From an uncultured Bifidobacteriaceae bacterium (lineage in GTDB: Bacteria; Actinomycetota; Acidimicrobiia; IMCC26256; PALSA-555), in assembly GCA_964555735.1 (NCBI GenBank), contig CAZKTS010000114.1:1-58635 (forward strand): DNA of 58,635 bases, written 5' to 3'. Both the position numbers and the translations under genes were made by a program. Under the pieces are notes generated by a model. That model was not told the origin of the DNA, did not search any database, and saw only the letters and a program-made list of their open reading frames with translations. Shown in pieces: positions 1-9,075 of the stretch (positions are counted from its first letter, which is position 1; the number at the start of each line of letters is the position of its first letter).

Positions 1-683
1 GAGTCGAGCGACTCCGACAGCGTGACCGCGCGCTCGAGGCCGCACTCGAGGACGGGGACCATCCGCCGCAGCAGTCGTCCGCGTCGGACGACGCGGCCTC
101 CCGTCCGGGCGCGGTCGGCCTCGCCCACGTCGTGGACCGCCGCGATGGTCGACGGCACGAAGGCGAGGGCCACGACGATCACGAGGCCGAGCTCGTGGAA
201 CGCACGCGGCGAGAGCTGCACGAGCTCGTAGTGCGAGACGACCGCGTTGAACGCGCCGAAGACCGCGATGATCCCGATGACGACGAGACTCTCCGCGACC
301 GCGTTGAGCAGGATCGTGCTGTTGACCGCGCCGCCGACGGTGAACCCGCCGAGGACGTCCGGCAACGTGAACGACGGCGTGGTGAAGAGCAGCGCTTCGC
401 TGCTGTGGGTGGTGAGCACGGTGAGCACGATCCGCAAGAGCCCGAAGACGACGGCGAGCCCGACGAGGATCGGGAACGCCCGTGCGAACGGTCCGGTGCC
501 GCCGTGGACCGCGACGACCAGCCAGGCGATCGCGATGACCACGAGCACGTCGAGCGGGTTCGGCGCGAGCTGGATCGCCGTCGCCGCGGCCAGCGCCCAG
601 ACGAGCCAGGTGATCGCGTGCCATCGCCGCTCGACCGGCCGGGACGAACGCGTGTCTCGATCCTGTTGCGAGTCCTCGCGCAT
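1..683 (-). CDS. ECF transporter transmembrane T component (EcfT/CbiQ-like), runs off the window start
   Basis: My translation of the minus strand from ATG at 683: MREDSQQDRDTRSSRPVERRWHAITWLVWALAAATAIQLAPNP...FVPSTIAAVHDVGEADRARTGG...VPVLECGLERAVTLSESLD. It has several TM helices and the C-terminal A-x2-AR-G / LERA-x2-L-x-E pattern of EcfT. It is absent from the ORF track because there is no stop inside the window. Confidence 0.85.
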   Translation of the reverse strand, partial: MREDSQQDRDTRSSRPVERRWHAITWLVWALAAATAIQLAPNPLDVLVVIAIAWLVVAVHGGTGPFARAFPILVGLAVVFGLLRIVLTVLTTHSSEALLFTTPSFTLPDVLGGFTVGGAVNSTILLNAVAESLVVIGIIAVFGAFNAVVSHYELVQLSPRAFHELGLVIVVALAFVPSTIAAVHDVGEADRARTGGRVVRRGRLLRRMVPVLECGLERAVTLSESLD

Positions 684-724
684 CGGATATGGTCCCCAGC
701 GACAACGGTCATGTGCAGCCCGGA

Positions 725-870
725 TGCTGCACGTGGTCCCGGGAGCGATCCCGGGGCGGGGGAAGTCGGTGCGAGACCGACGCTGACCCGCAACTGTGAG
801 CGGCACTGCGACCGCCGGCCCCGCCGGCGATCGCACACCGCGAGCCAGGCTACCCACCGTCGTCCGCCGG
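725..870 (+). promoter_or_regulatory. cobalamin (AdoCbl) riboswitch
   Basis: Core GGGAAGTCGGTGCGAGACCGACGCTGACCCGCAACTGTGA (759-799) and 3' GAGCCAGG (842-849) match the cobalamin riboswitch consensus. It lies upstream of an operon ending in cobO. Ends are approximate. Confidence 0.9.
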
Positions 871-968
871 GCCACCGGCGCTCCCGAACGGGAGGCCGCA
901 CCACTGGGCGACCAGCGGCGCGGTCCACATACGGCCCTCGTGGACCAGGGGCCGGCGGAGGAAACGTC

Positions 969-2483
969 ATGGCTCTCTCCTTCCGGCGCGTCGCGACATC
1001 GGTCGCGCTCGTCGCCATCACCACGTCCGCGCTCGTCGCGGCCGCACCGAGCGCAACCGCTGACGGCGCGTCCGCGGTCGCGTGGCTCAAGACCCAACAG
1101 CAGCCGAACGGCGGGTTCGAGGTCGCGCAGTTCCCCGGGTTCGAGACCGCCGACGTGGTCGCGGCCCTCGCGGGTGAAGCACAGGCCAACGCATCGTGGA
1201 GCACCGACGAGGCGCTCGACGCGGTGTTCGACACCCAGACCGCCGGCCACGAGAACGCGCTCGACGCGCTCGACGACGACGCCGACGCCGGCATCGGTGC
1301 CGGGCAGGCCGCGAAGCTGATCGTGCTGGTCACCAACCCGCTCGGGCTCGACCCCAACCTCTTCGACCCCGAGTGCGACGGTGGGAGCGGGCAGGACCTC
1401 GAGGCGATCCTCGGGGTGCCCGGGACCAACGGCACCTACGGCATCTCGACCGCGGCCATCAACCAGATCTTCTTCGCGGCGCGGGCCACGAAGGCGCTCG
1501 GAGGCACCGTGGCGGCCGCCACGATCCAGGTGATCCGGGACGCGCAGCGTCCGGACGGGTCGTACGCGTTCAACGGCAACCCCGTCGACGACCCCGACGA
1601 TCCGTTCGACAGCTCGGACGTCGACACGACGGCCGCCGCCGTCATGGCGCTGCGCGCCGGCGGGGTCGCGGCCGACGACGCGGATCTCGCCCCCGCCGTC
1701 GCGTGGCTGCTCGGTCAGCGCAACGGCACCACGGGCGCGTTCCCGGCCTTCGGCAGCGACGACCCCAACGCCACCGCGGTCGCGCTGCTGGCGCTGCACT
1801 CGGTGGATCCGACGACCTACGCCTCGCAGATCAGCGCGGGCCAGGCGTACCTGCTCTCGCAGCAGCAGGGCGACGGCCGCATCGCCAGCCCGAACGACGG
1901 CTTCGGCGTCAACACGTTCGCGACCGCGCAGAGCGTGCAGGCGCTCGAGCTGCCCACCGTGCCCGCGGGCGGAACCGGCGGCCTCGCCGGGTGCCTCGAC
2001 GGGAACGACGACGGTGTGCGCGACGACGACCAGCCCGACGTCGACACCGTGCCGAGCCTGGACGGCGCGGGCTACGTGACCGTGGCCGCGTCGGGCGGCA
2101 CCCTGGCCGACGTGGCCGCGGTCGACCCGGCGACCGTCGCCGAGCCGCCGGTCGGCGTCACATTGCCGTCCGGGCTCGTGAGCTTCCGCCTCGAGGGGCT
2201 CGCCTCGGGCGCGACCGTGACCGTCACGATCACCTTCCACAGTGGGTCGAGCGCCACCTCCTACTTCAAGCTGCTGGCCGACGGCTCGTGGGTCGACTTC
2301 ACCAACCGGGCGTCGTTCTCGGGCAACACGGTCACGCTGACCCTCACCGACGGTGGACCGGGCGACGACGGCCCGGCGGACGGTGTCATCGTCGACCCGG
2401 GCGGACCGGCCGCGGTCGCGGCGCAGGCCGCGCCGGCCGTACCCGGGCAGGTCGACCCGAGCACGCTCTCGTTCACCGGGTGA
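969..2483 (+). CDS. secreted prenyltransferase/squalene-cyclase-repeat (alpha6/alpha6 barrel) protein with choice-of-anchor-U-like C-terminal domain; putative cobalamin-binding surface protein
   Basis: RBS GGAGG then ATG 969. Signal peptide MALSFRRVATSVALVAITTSALVAAAPSATA. QW-like repeats WLKTQQQPNGGF, IRDAQRPDGSY, WLLGQRNGTTGAF, YLLSQQQGDG. C-terminal LTLTDGGPGDDGPADGVIVDPGGP. Ends LSFTG-stop. Confidence 0.75.
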   Translation: MALSFRRVATSVALVAITTSALVAAAPSATADGASAVAWLKTQQQPNGGFEVAQFPGFETADVVAALAGEAQANASWSTDEALDAVFDTQTAGHENALDALDDDADAGIGAGQAAKLIVLVTNPLGLDPNLFDPECDGGSGQDLEAILGVPGTNGTYGISTAAINQIFFAARATKALGGTVAAATIQVIRDAQRPDGSYAFNGNPVDDPDDPFDSSDVDTTAAAVMALRAGGVAADDADLAPAVAWLLGQRNGTTGAFPAFGSDDPNATAVALLALHSVDPTTYASQISAGQAYLLSQQQGDGRIASPNDGFGVNTFATAQSVQALELPTVPAGGTGGLAGCLDGNDDGVRDDDQPDVDTVPSLDGAGYVTVAASGGTLADVAAVDPATVAEPPVGVTLPSGLVSFRLEGLASGATVTVTITFHSGSSATSYFKLLADGSWVDFTNRASFSGNTVTLTLTDGGPGDDGPADGVIVDPGGPAAVAAQAAPAVPGQVDPSTLSFTG

Positions 2484-2487
2484 CGTG

Positions 2488-3393
2488 ATGCGAAGCCGGA
2501 ACGCTCGTCAGCACACGCGCCTCCGCCGAGCGTGGTGGGCACGCGCCGCGGCGACGCTCGCGGTCCTCGTCGCGCTCGTTGCCGTGCCCGCGGTCCGCGA
2601 CGCGCGCCCGGCCGGCGCGGGCGCCAGCCGCGCGGTCGTGATCATCAACGGGAGCGTGCACGTCATCCACTTCGGTGGGTCGGTGTCCGGGCTCCAGGCG
2701 CTGCGGATGGTCGCGGGGGTCGAGACCCTCGGGTTCGGTGGGATCGGCGAGGCGGTGTGTCGCATCAACGGCCAGGGCAACCCGGCCACGCCGAACGAGT
2801 GCCTCGTCGGACCCAATGGCGAGTACTGGGCCTACTACCGCGCCGGTCCGGGCGCGAGCGGTTGGCAGTACTCGAGCCGCGGCGCGGGCGGCACGACCGT
2901 GACCGACGGCTCGGTGGAGGGGTGGCGCTACGGCACCGGGGGCCCGCCGGGGTTCGTGTCGTTCTGCGCCGCAGCCGGGTGCGGCCCGCCGCCGACCGCG
3001 GCCCCGCCCCCGCCGCCTCCGCCACCGGCGACGACGCCGGCCGGCGCCCAGGGGGACGCGGGCACCACCGCGACGACGAAGGCGACCGACGGCTCGGGGT
3101 CGAAGAAGAGCGACAAGAAGAAGGCGGACAAGAGCGACAAGAAGGAGGACGGCGCGGCCGCGTCGTCCGACGACGGCCAGCAGGCGAGCGGTCCGTCCGC
3201 ATCCGGGGACGGCGCCGCAGCTGCTGCCGGTGAGGGTCGGCGCACGTCGGCCTCCGGGCAGGCGAGCGTCGATCCGTCGGCCGACGACGGCGGCTCACCG
3301 CTCCCCGTGATCCTCGTGGTGGTGGTCGTCGCGGCGCTCATCGGCACCGGCCTGTGGCTCCGACGGCGCCGGCAGATGACAATGCCGTCGTGA
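2488..3393 (+). CDS. membrane-anchored DUF4430 / transcobalamin-beta-like protein
   Basis: Signal peptide; VCRING...ECL...YWAYY...WQYSSRGA...DGSVEGWRY motif; Pro/Lys-rich linker; C-terminal TM helix with basic tail (LWLRRRR). Confidence 0.7.
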   Translation: MRSRNARQHTRLRRAWWARAAATLAVLVALVAVPAVRDARPAGAGASRAVVIINGSVHVIHFGGSVSGLQALRMVAGVETLGFGGIGEAVCRINGQGNPATPNECLVGPNGEYWAYYRAGPGASGWQYSSRGAGGTTVTDGSVEGWRYGTGGPPGFVSFCAAAGCGPPPTAAPPPPPPPPATTPAGAQGDAGTTATTKATDGSGSKKSDKKKADKSDKKEDGAAASSDDGQQASGPSASGDGAAAAAGEGRRTSASGQASVDPSADDGGSPLPVILVVVVVAALIGTGLWLRRRRQMTMPS

Positions 3394-3968
3394 CCGACGC
3401 GACCGAACCGGCGACCCCGCCGACCGAGGATCCCCGGCCCAAGCTCCACGCCGCTCCGTCGCTCGTGCTCGTCAACACCGGCGACGGGAAGGGCAAGTCG
3501 ACCGCCGCGTTCGGGGTGGTGCTGCGCGCGGTGGCGCGCGGCTGGCGGGTCGCGGTCGTCCAGTTCCTGAAGTCGGGGGACTGGAAGGTCGGGGAGGAAG
3601 AGGTCGCGCGCAAGCTCGGCGTCGACTGGTGGGCGCTCGGCGAGGGCTTCACGTGGGACTCCGACGACCTGACGAAGGACCAGGCCGTCGCGCGGAAGGC
3701 GTGGGACCAGGCGGCGGCGCACATCCGCGGCGGCGAGTACGGCCTCGTCGTCCTCGACGAGAGCACCTACCTGATGACGTGGGGGTGGATCCCGACCGAC
3801 GAGGTGGTGGCCACGATCCGCGACCGGCCCGAGACCGTCAACGTCATCTGCACCGGGCGCGACGCGCCGGCGGCGCTGATCGACGTGGCCGACACGGTCA
3901 CCGAGATGCGCAGCGTGAAGCATGCGTACGACACCGGCATCGCGGCCAAGCGCGGCATCGACTACTGA
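3390..3968 (+). CDS. cobO: cob(I)alamin/cob(I)yrinate adenosyltransferase (CobO/BtuR)
   Basis: VNTGDGKGKSTAAFG P-loop, VVQFLKS, LVVLDE, CTGRDAP, H-x-Y-x2-G-x2-A-x2-GIDY. GTG start overlaps the upstream stop (GTGA). Confidence 0.95.
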   Translation: MTDATEPATPPTEDPRPKLHAAPSLVLVNTGDGKGKSTAAFGVVLRAVARGWRVAVVQFLKSGDWKVGEEEVARKLGVDWWALGEGFTWDSDDLTKDQAVARKAWDQAAAHIRGGEYGLVVLDESTYLMTWGWIPTDEVVATIRDRPETVNVICTGRDAPAALIDVADTVTEMRSVKHAYDTGIAAKRGIDY

Positions 3969-4024
3969 GCGCCTTTCCGCACAAGGGTTGGGGGACCGTC
4001 CTACCGACGCGGGAGGGTGACACA

Positions 4025-5515
4025 ATGCGAGCGATGGAACCGGCGGGCAAGCGGCGGGGCACCGAGACCTCCAACTTCGGCGTCGGCAAGCGTGAGAGTC
4101 ACGACGCGTCGAAGTTCTACGACCGCTTCGAGCCGCCGAAGATCTCCGACGACGACGCCATCACGAAGCCCGTCGTCGTGGACGCGATCTTCCACGGCAA
4201 CGCGGCCGAGATGACGCAGGATCAGGTCGCCGACGCCTCGGTCGCGCTGGTCGTCACCTCGCCCCCCTACTTCGCGGGGAAGGAGTACGAGGAAGCGCTG
4301 GGGCAGGGCCACGTTCCGGCGACGTACTTCGAGTACCTCGCGATGCTCGAGCAGGTGTTCGCGAAGTGCGTCGAGAAGCTCGAACCGGGCGGTCGCATCG
4401 CGATCAACGTCGCGAACCTCGGTCGGCGCCCGTACCGCTCGTTGTCGTCGGACGTCATCACCATGATGGGCGATCTCGGTCTGTTGCTGCGTGGCGAGAT
4501 CATCTGGCAGAAGGCGCGCGGCGCCGGCGGCTCGTGCGCATGGGGCTCGTTCCAGAGCCCGGCCAACGCGGTCCTCCGGGACCTCACCGAGCGCGTGATC
4601 GTGGCGAGCAAGGGCCGCTTCGATCGGGCGAAGGGCCCGAAGGAGCGCTTGCGCGAGCGTGAGCATCCGTGGGACCGGTCGCTGTTCCGTGAGGAGTTCA
4701 TGGACGGCACCACGGACCTCTGGGAGATCCCGCCGGAGAGCGCGACACGCGTCGGGCACCCTGCACCGTTCCCGGTCGAGCTCCCGCAGCGACTCCTCGA
4801 GCTCTACACGTACCGGGAGGACCTCGTCCTCGACCCGTTCATGGGTTCCGGGAGCACTGCGGTCGCGGCAATCCGAACCGGTCGGCACTACGTGGGCTTC
4901 GACACCGATCAGAAGTACGTGGACGCAGCGGTGGCGCGCTGCGAGCGGGAACGCGTCGAGCTGGCGGAGGATCCGAGTCGTCGGCCGTGGTCCGCGCTCG
5001 TCGACCTCACGGGTGAGCGTGCCGATGCCGACGAGGACGCGCTCGCACGCGCCGTCCGCGAGGGCCGGAAGGCCCAGGACATCGCGCGCCGAGTGCTCGA
5101 GCACTGCCACTTCCGGGTCGTCAAGGAGAACCACCGGACCGGCGGTGGCGTCGAGGTGGACCTCGTCGCCGAGGACGCCGACGGCGAGCAATGGTTCGTC
5201 GACGTATCCGGCGCCTTCACGACGACCCGAGCCGGGCTGCGTCGGACCGACACTTTGTGGAAGTCCCTTGGTAAGGCAGCCGTCTTGCGTCAGGCGGACA
5301 GCACCAAGACGACGCCGATCCTGCTCCTGACGACGGACCTGCCGCCCGTCGGGAGTGCCGGACACTCGGCCCTCCGCACAACCCGAGACACGGGGCTGAT
5401 CCACGACGCCCTCGAGATGCTGAGCGATCGGGGCCAGGAGCGCCTCGCGAAGTACGGCGCGGGCGGTCACCGGGACCACAGCGAAGGCGACTTCATCCCT
5501 CCTGTGCGTCCATGA
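4025..5515 (+). CDS. beta-class N4C/N6A DNA methyltransferase fused to a C-terminal PD-(D/E)xK-like domain
   Basis: Motif IV TSPPY precedes motif I DPFMGSGST (beta order). C-terminal GVEVDLVA...WFVDVSG...GLRRTDT domain. The start is ATG 4025 or 4034; the longer upstream ORF overlaps cobO. Confidence 0.85.
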   Translation: MRAMEPAGKRRGTETSNFGVGKRESHDASKFYDRFEPPKISDDDAITKPVVVDAIFHGNAAEMTQDQVADASVALVVTSPPYFAGKEYEEALGQGHVPATYFEYLAMLEQVFAKCVEKLEPGGRIAINVANLGRRPYRSLSSDVITMMGDLGLLLRGEIIWQKARGAGGSCAWGSFQSPANAVLRDLTERVIVASKGRFDRAKGPKERLREREHPWDRSLFREEFMDGTTDLWEIPPESATRVGHPAPFPVELPQRLLELYTYREDLVLDPFMGSGSTAVAAIRTGRHYVGFDTDQKYVDAAVARCERERVELAEDPSRRPWSALVDLTGERADADEDALARAVREGRKAQDIARRVLEHCHFRVVKENHRTGGGVEVDLVAEDADGEQWFVDVSGAFTTTRAGLRRTDTLWKSLGKAAVLRQADSTKTTPILLLTTDLPPVGSAGHSALRTTRDTGLIHDALEMLSDRGQERLAKYGAGGHRDHSEGDFIPPVRP

Positions 5516-5862
5516 GCCACGTGCCCGGCGGGACGCGACCCGGTCGCGTCGCGTACGCCGTCGTGCGCGACGATCCCCCGCGAGTCTTCATCGCGGAGGA
5601 CGAGTTCGTCCTCACGAGGCGCGTCGCCCTCGACGTCGTCGCGTCCATCCGCGCCGACGATCTACCGTCGCCGTCGGTGGCCGAGCGGCTGCGGGCAGCG
5701 CTGCTCGAGGAGCGGTGGGCCGACGCGATCGCCACGTGGATCGAGGTCTCCGGCATCGCCGTGGACGCGTACCCCGACGAGATCGTCTGGACCGAAGCCG
5801 CACTCGACGCCGAGCGGGCCGCATTCGAGATGCGCATGGCCCCGCTCTTCCGCGACGCGTGA
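5512..5862 (+). CDS. hypothetical protein (116 aa)
   Basis: ATGA overlap with the MTase stop and GTGA overlap with the next gene; no recognisable family. Confidence 0.7.
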   Translation: MSHVPGGTRPGRVAYAVVRDDPPRVFIAEDEFVLTRRVALDVVASIRADDLPSPSVAERLRAALLEERWADAIATWIEVSGIAVDAYPDEIVWTEAALDAERAAFEMRMAPLFRDA

Positions 5863-6275
5863 CCGACTTCCAGTCGCTCGCCGGGCGCCAGGGTCGGCAG
5901 TTCTCGGACCAGTGCGACCTGGTGCTCGAGAGCGAGGGATTCCTGCTCGACGGCAGCCGTCGGCTGCTCGACTGCGGCGTCGAGATCGACCGGGTCGCGC
6001 GCCGCAACGGGCGCGAGGTGTGGTTCGAGTACAAGGGCAGCTTCCGCGGCTCGACGCCCGGCATGCGCCGGACCGACACGGTGAAGAAGGCGATCGCCAA
6101 CGGTGCGTTGCTGGCGGCGCTCGGCGAGCACCCTCCGTACGTCGTGCTCACCTCGCACAGTCCCGAGCGGGGATCGGCGCTCGCCATGGTCGACGCGGCG
6201 ATCCGCCTCGGCTACCTCGCCGACGTGATCTGCATGAACGACCCGGCCGCGGTGCGGCGCCTCGACCGGCTCTGA
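5859..6275 (+). CDS. stand-alone PD-(D/E)xK nuclease-fold protein, paralogous to the MTase C-terminal domain
   Basis: GVEIDRVA...WFEYKG...GMRRTDT with D...E-x-K triad; GTG start overlaps the upstream stop. Confidence 0.7.
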   Translation: MTDFQSLAGRQGRQFSDQCDLVLESEGFLLDGSRRLLDCGVEIDRVARRNGREVWFEYKGSFRGSTPGMRRTDTVKKAIANGALLAALGEHPPYVVLTSHSPERGSALAMVDAAIRLGYLADVICMNDPAAVRRLDRL

Positions 6276-6319
6276 CCGTTCGGCGCATCCGCGGCTGACG
6301 CCGTACCCTCGACGGCGCT

Positions 6320-7105
6320 GTGCTCCGCCTCCTCGCCGCCACTGCCGATGCCGACAACCTCATCTACATCTTCGTGGCGTTCGGCGGCGGGGTCATCTCG
6401 TTCCTCTCGCCGTGCGTCTTGCCGATCGTCCCCGCGTACCTGAGCTTCGTCACCGGGCTCACCGTTGGGGAGCTCGAGGAGGCGGACCGGCCGAAGGTGC
6501 TCGGACGCATCGCGCTCGATACCGGCTTGTTCGTCCTCGGGTTCACGGTGGTCTTCGTGATCTTCGGGCTCTCGACCACCGCGTTGAGCCAGAACGTGTT
6601 CGAGAACCAGTCGACGCTCACGCGCATCTCGGGCGGCCTGGTGCTGCTGATGGCGATCTACCTCGCCGGCTCGCAGCTGCTCACGACGCCGCGGATGTAC
6701 CAGGAGTTCCGCTTCCATCCCCACCTCGAGCGGTTCGGGCCCGCAGCCGCGCCGGTGGCCGGCGCCGCGTTCGGGTTCGGGTGGACGCCGTGCATCGGGC
6801 CGATCCTCGGCACCGTGCTGGGGTTCGCGGCACAAGGGCAGGACCTGCTCTGGGCCGGCGTGCTGCTCACCGCCTACTCGCTCGGCCTCGGTGTCTCGTT
6901 CCTCGCCGTCGGCCTCGCCTTCGGGCGCTTCGCCGCGCCGCTGGCGTTCGTGAAGCGGCACGGCAAGGCGATCACCCTGATCTCGGCGGCGATCCTCGCG
7001 GTCTTCGGGGTGATCCTGCTCACCGACAGCCTCGACGAGGTGACTGCCCGCCTCTCCGACTTCCTCGATTCGATCGGCCTGCGGTGGTTGGTCGAGATCG
7101 GTTGA
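6320..7105 (+). CDS. ccdA: cytochrome c biogenesis protein CcdA / DsbD TM domain
   Basis: SFLSPCVLP and FGWTPCIGP cysteine motifs; multiple TM helices. Confidence 0.92.
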   Translation: MLRLLAATADADNLIYIFVAFGGGVISFLSPCVLPIVPAYLSFVTGLTVGELEEADRPKVLGRIALDTGLFVLGFTVVFVIFGLSTTALSQNVFENQSTLTRISGGLVLLMAIYLAGSQLLTTPRMYQEFRFHPHLERFGPAAAPVAGAAFGFGWTPCIGPILGTVLGFAAQGQDLLWAGVLLTAYSLGLGVSFLAVGLAFGRFAAPLAFVKRHGKAITLISAAILAVFGVILLTDSLDEVTARLSDFLDSIGLRWLVEIG

Positions 7106-7123
7106 GCCGCTAGGGTACGGAGA

Positions 7124-7822
7124 ATGTCGTTCTCCCAATCGGCGAACCCCAGTCACCAGGACGCCGATCGCCAGGAAGCCGATCGCCGGGCGGGCTCGTG
7201 GCGAGAGCGGGGCGTCGAGCGCAGCCTCGGTGCAGCACGGGCCCGGTCGGTCGAGCGGATGGAGCGCCTCGTCGCCGCGGCGCGCGACCTCGCCAACGAG
7301 ACGGGCAGCGCGGCGTTCACCGTCCAGCAGGTGTGCGGGCGCGCGGCCATCTCGTTGAAGGGCTTCTACGCCGCGTTCCCCGGTAAGGACGAGCTCCTGA
7401 TCGCGCTCCTCGAGGAGGACAGCCGCATCGGTGCCGACCTGCTCGGCGAGGCAGTGGCGGCCCACGACGAACCGCTGGCGCGTCTGCGCGCCTACGTCGA
7501 CGGCCTGTTCGCTCTGGTCGCGCTTCCCGGCGCGACCGGGTACGCGCGGGTGCTCGTACGCGAGCACCGCCGCCTCGGCGAGGACCATCCCGAGGAGCTC
7601 GCGGGCGCGCTCGCGCCACTCGTGGGGATCCTGGCAGCAGAGATCGAGGGCGCGACCCAGGCCGGCGCGCTGGCGTCGGCCGACTCGGCGCGCGACGCCG
7701 AGACCATGTTCGCAGTCGTGCTGGGCGGGGTGCACGACGTGACGATCGGCCGGGCGGACCCGGCCGACACCGCTTCCTACCTCTGGCAGTTCTGCTGCTC
7801 CGGACTGAAGGGCCCGCGATGA
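7124..7822 (+). CDS. TetR family transcriptional regulator
   Basis: HTH AARDLA...FTVQQVCGRAAISLKGFYAAFPGKDELL; start uncertain. Confidence 0.85.
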   Translation: MSFSQSANPSHQDADRQEADRRAGSWRERGVERSLGAARARSVERMERLVAAARDLANETGSAAFTVQQVCGRAAISLKGFYAAFPGKDELLIALLEEDSRIGADLLGEAVAAHDEPLARLRAYVDGLFALVALPGATGYARVLVREHRRLGEDHPEELAGALAPLVGILAAEIEGATQAGALASADSARDAETMFAVVLGGVHDVTIGRADPADTASYLWQFCCSGLKGPR

Positions 7823-9012
7823 CCACGACCGAATCCGCCCCCGCCGATCTGGCCACGCTGCTGTTCGACCCCGCGACGGCAAACTCGCCGCACGACGCGT
7901 ACCGGCGCATGCACGCCGAGTGCCCCGCGGCGCGCAGCGACTTCGGCGGCATGCCGACGGCCTTCGTGACTCGCTACGACGACGTGAAGTGGGCGCTGCG
8001 GAACCCCGACGTGTTCTCGTCGGCGCCCGAGGCCGTCGGCATCGGTCAGGAGCAGCCGCTCATCCCGCTCCAGGTGGACCCGCCCGACCACGCGAAGTAC
8101 CGCCATCTTCTCGACCCCGAGTTCTCGGCCAAGCGGATGTCGGAGCTCGAGCCTGGTGCTCGCAAGCTCGTCGACCAGCTGATCGACGGCTTCGTGGAGC
8201 GCGGCACCTGCAACTTCCACGAGGACTTCGCGACGCCGCTGCCGTCGTCGATCTTCCTCGAGTTCATGGGTCTGCCCCAGGCCGACCTCGCCGAGTTCCT
8301 GCGGTGGCGCGACGACACCGTCCGACCTGATGTCGCCCCCGACGACCTCGAGGGGGCGCAGCGGATCCGCGACCAGGTGGGCAAGGACATCTCGGCGTAC
8401 TTCGAAGCTGCGGTCGAGGACCGCCGGCGCAACCCCGACGACTCCTTGCTGTCGCGCATCGCGGTCGCAGAGATCGAAGGGCGTCCGCTCACCCGCGAGG
8501 AGACGCTGGGCATCTGCCACCTGTTGATCCTCGGCGGGCTCGACACCGTCACGGCGACGCTCGACTGCGCGATCGTGCACCTGGCGCGCGACGACGAGCA
8601 GCGGCGGAAGCTGGCGACCGACCTGACGCTCTCGCAGAGCGCGGTCGAGGAGCTCCTCCGCTACGAGACGCCGGTGATGATGGTCGTCCGTGTGCTCGCG
8701 CAGGACTGCGAGCTCTCGGGTGTGCAGTTCAAGGCGGGTGACCACGCGACCTTGCTGATCGGTGCCGCCGACATGGACGCCGACGAGTTCCCGGACGCAC
8801 AGGTGGCCGACTTCGAGCGCAGCCCGAACCGTCACCTCGCATTCGGCGCCGGCCCCCACCGGTGCCTCGGCTCGCATCTCGCGCGGCTGGAGCTGCGCGT
8901 CGCGCTCGAGGAGTGGCACCGTCGCATCCCCGAGTACCGCATCGCCGACGGCACCGAGATCGTCTACTCGCCCGGCATCCGCCAGGCCGACCACCTGCCG
9001 CTCGTGTGGTGA
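7819..9012 (+). CDS. cytochrome P450
   Basis: I-helix GGLDTV, EELLR (ExxR), heme motif FGAGPHRCLG; ATGA overlap with TetR. Confidence 0.97.
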   Translation: MTTTESAPADLATLLFDPATANSPHDAYRRMHAECPAARSDFGGMPTAFVTRYDDVKWALRNPDVFSSAPEAVGIGQEQPLIPLQVDPPDHAKYRHLLDPEFSAKRMSELEPGARKLVDQLIDGFVERGTCNFHEDFATPLPSSIFLEFMGLPQADLAEFLRWRDDTVRPDVAPDDLEGAQRIRDQVGKDISAYFEAAVEDRRRNPDDSLLSRIAVAEIEGRPLTREETLGICHLLILGGLDTVTATLDCAIVHLARDDEQRRKLATDLTLSQSAVEELLRYETPVMMVVRVLAQDCELSGVQFKAGDHATLLIGAADMDADEFPDAQVADFERSPNRHLAFGAGPHRCLGSHLARLELRVALEEWHRRIPEYRIADGTEIVYSPGIRQADHLPLVW

Positions 9013-9070
9013 GGGGTTTTGGCGTCAGCAATGGGGCGCGGAGCGCCCATCCCTGACGCCAAAACCCCTC
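9011..9070. repeat. 60-bp REP-like hairpin / bidirectional terminator
   Basis: Perfect 18-bp inverted repeat GAGGGGTTTTGGCGTCAG (9011-9028) / CTGACGCCAAAACCCCTC (9053-9070) with an inner imperfect stem, between convergent genes. Confidence 0.75.
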
Positions 9071-9075
9071 GGACG

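Noticed and set aside
132-968. N-terminal extension of the 783-aa ORF
   Set aside because: It overlaps ecfT on the other strand and the riboswitch; the RBS and signal peptide place the start at 969.
3629-4024. N-terminal extension of the MTase ORF / possible CobO-MTase fusion
   Set aside because: It overlaps cobO in another frame, and cobO ends normally at GIDY-stop.
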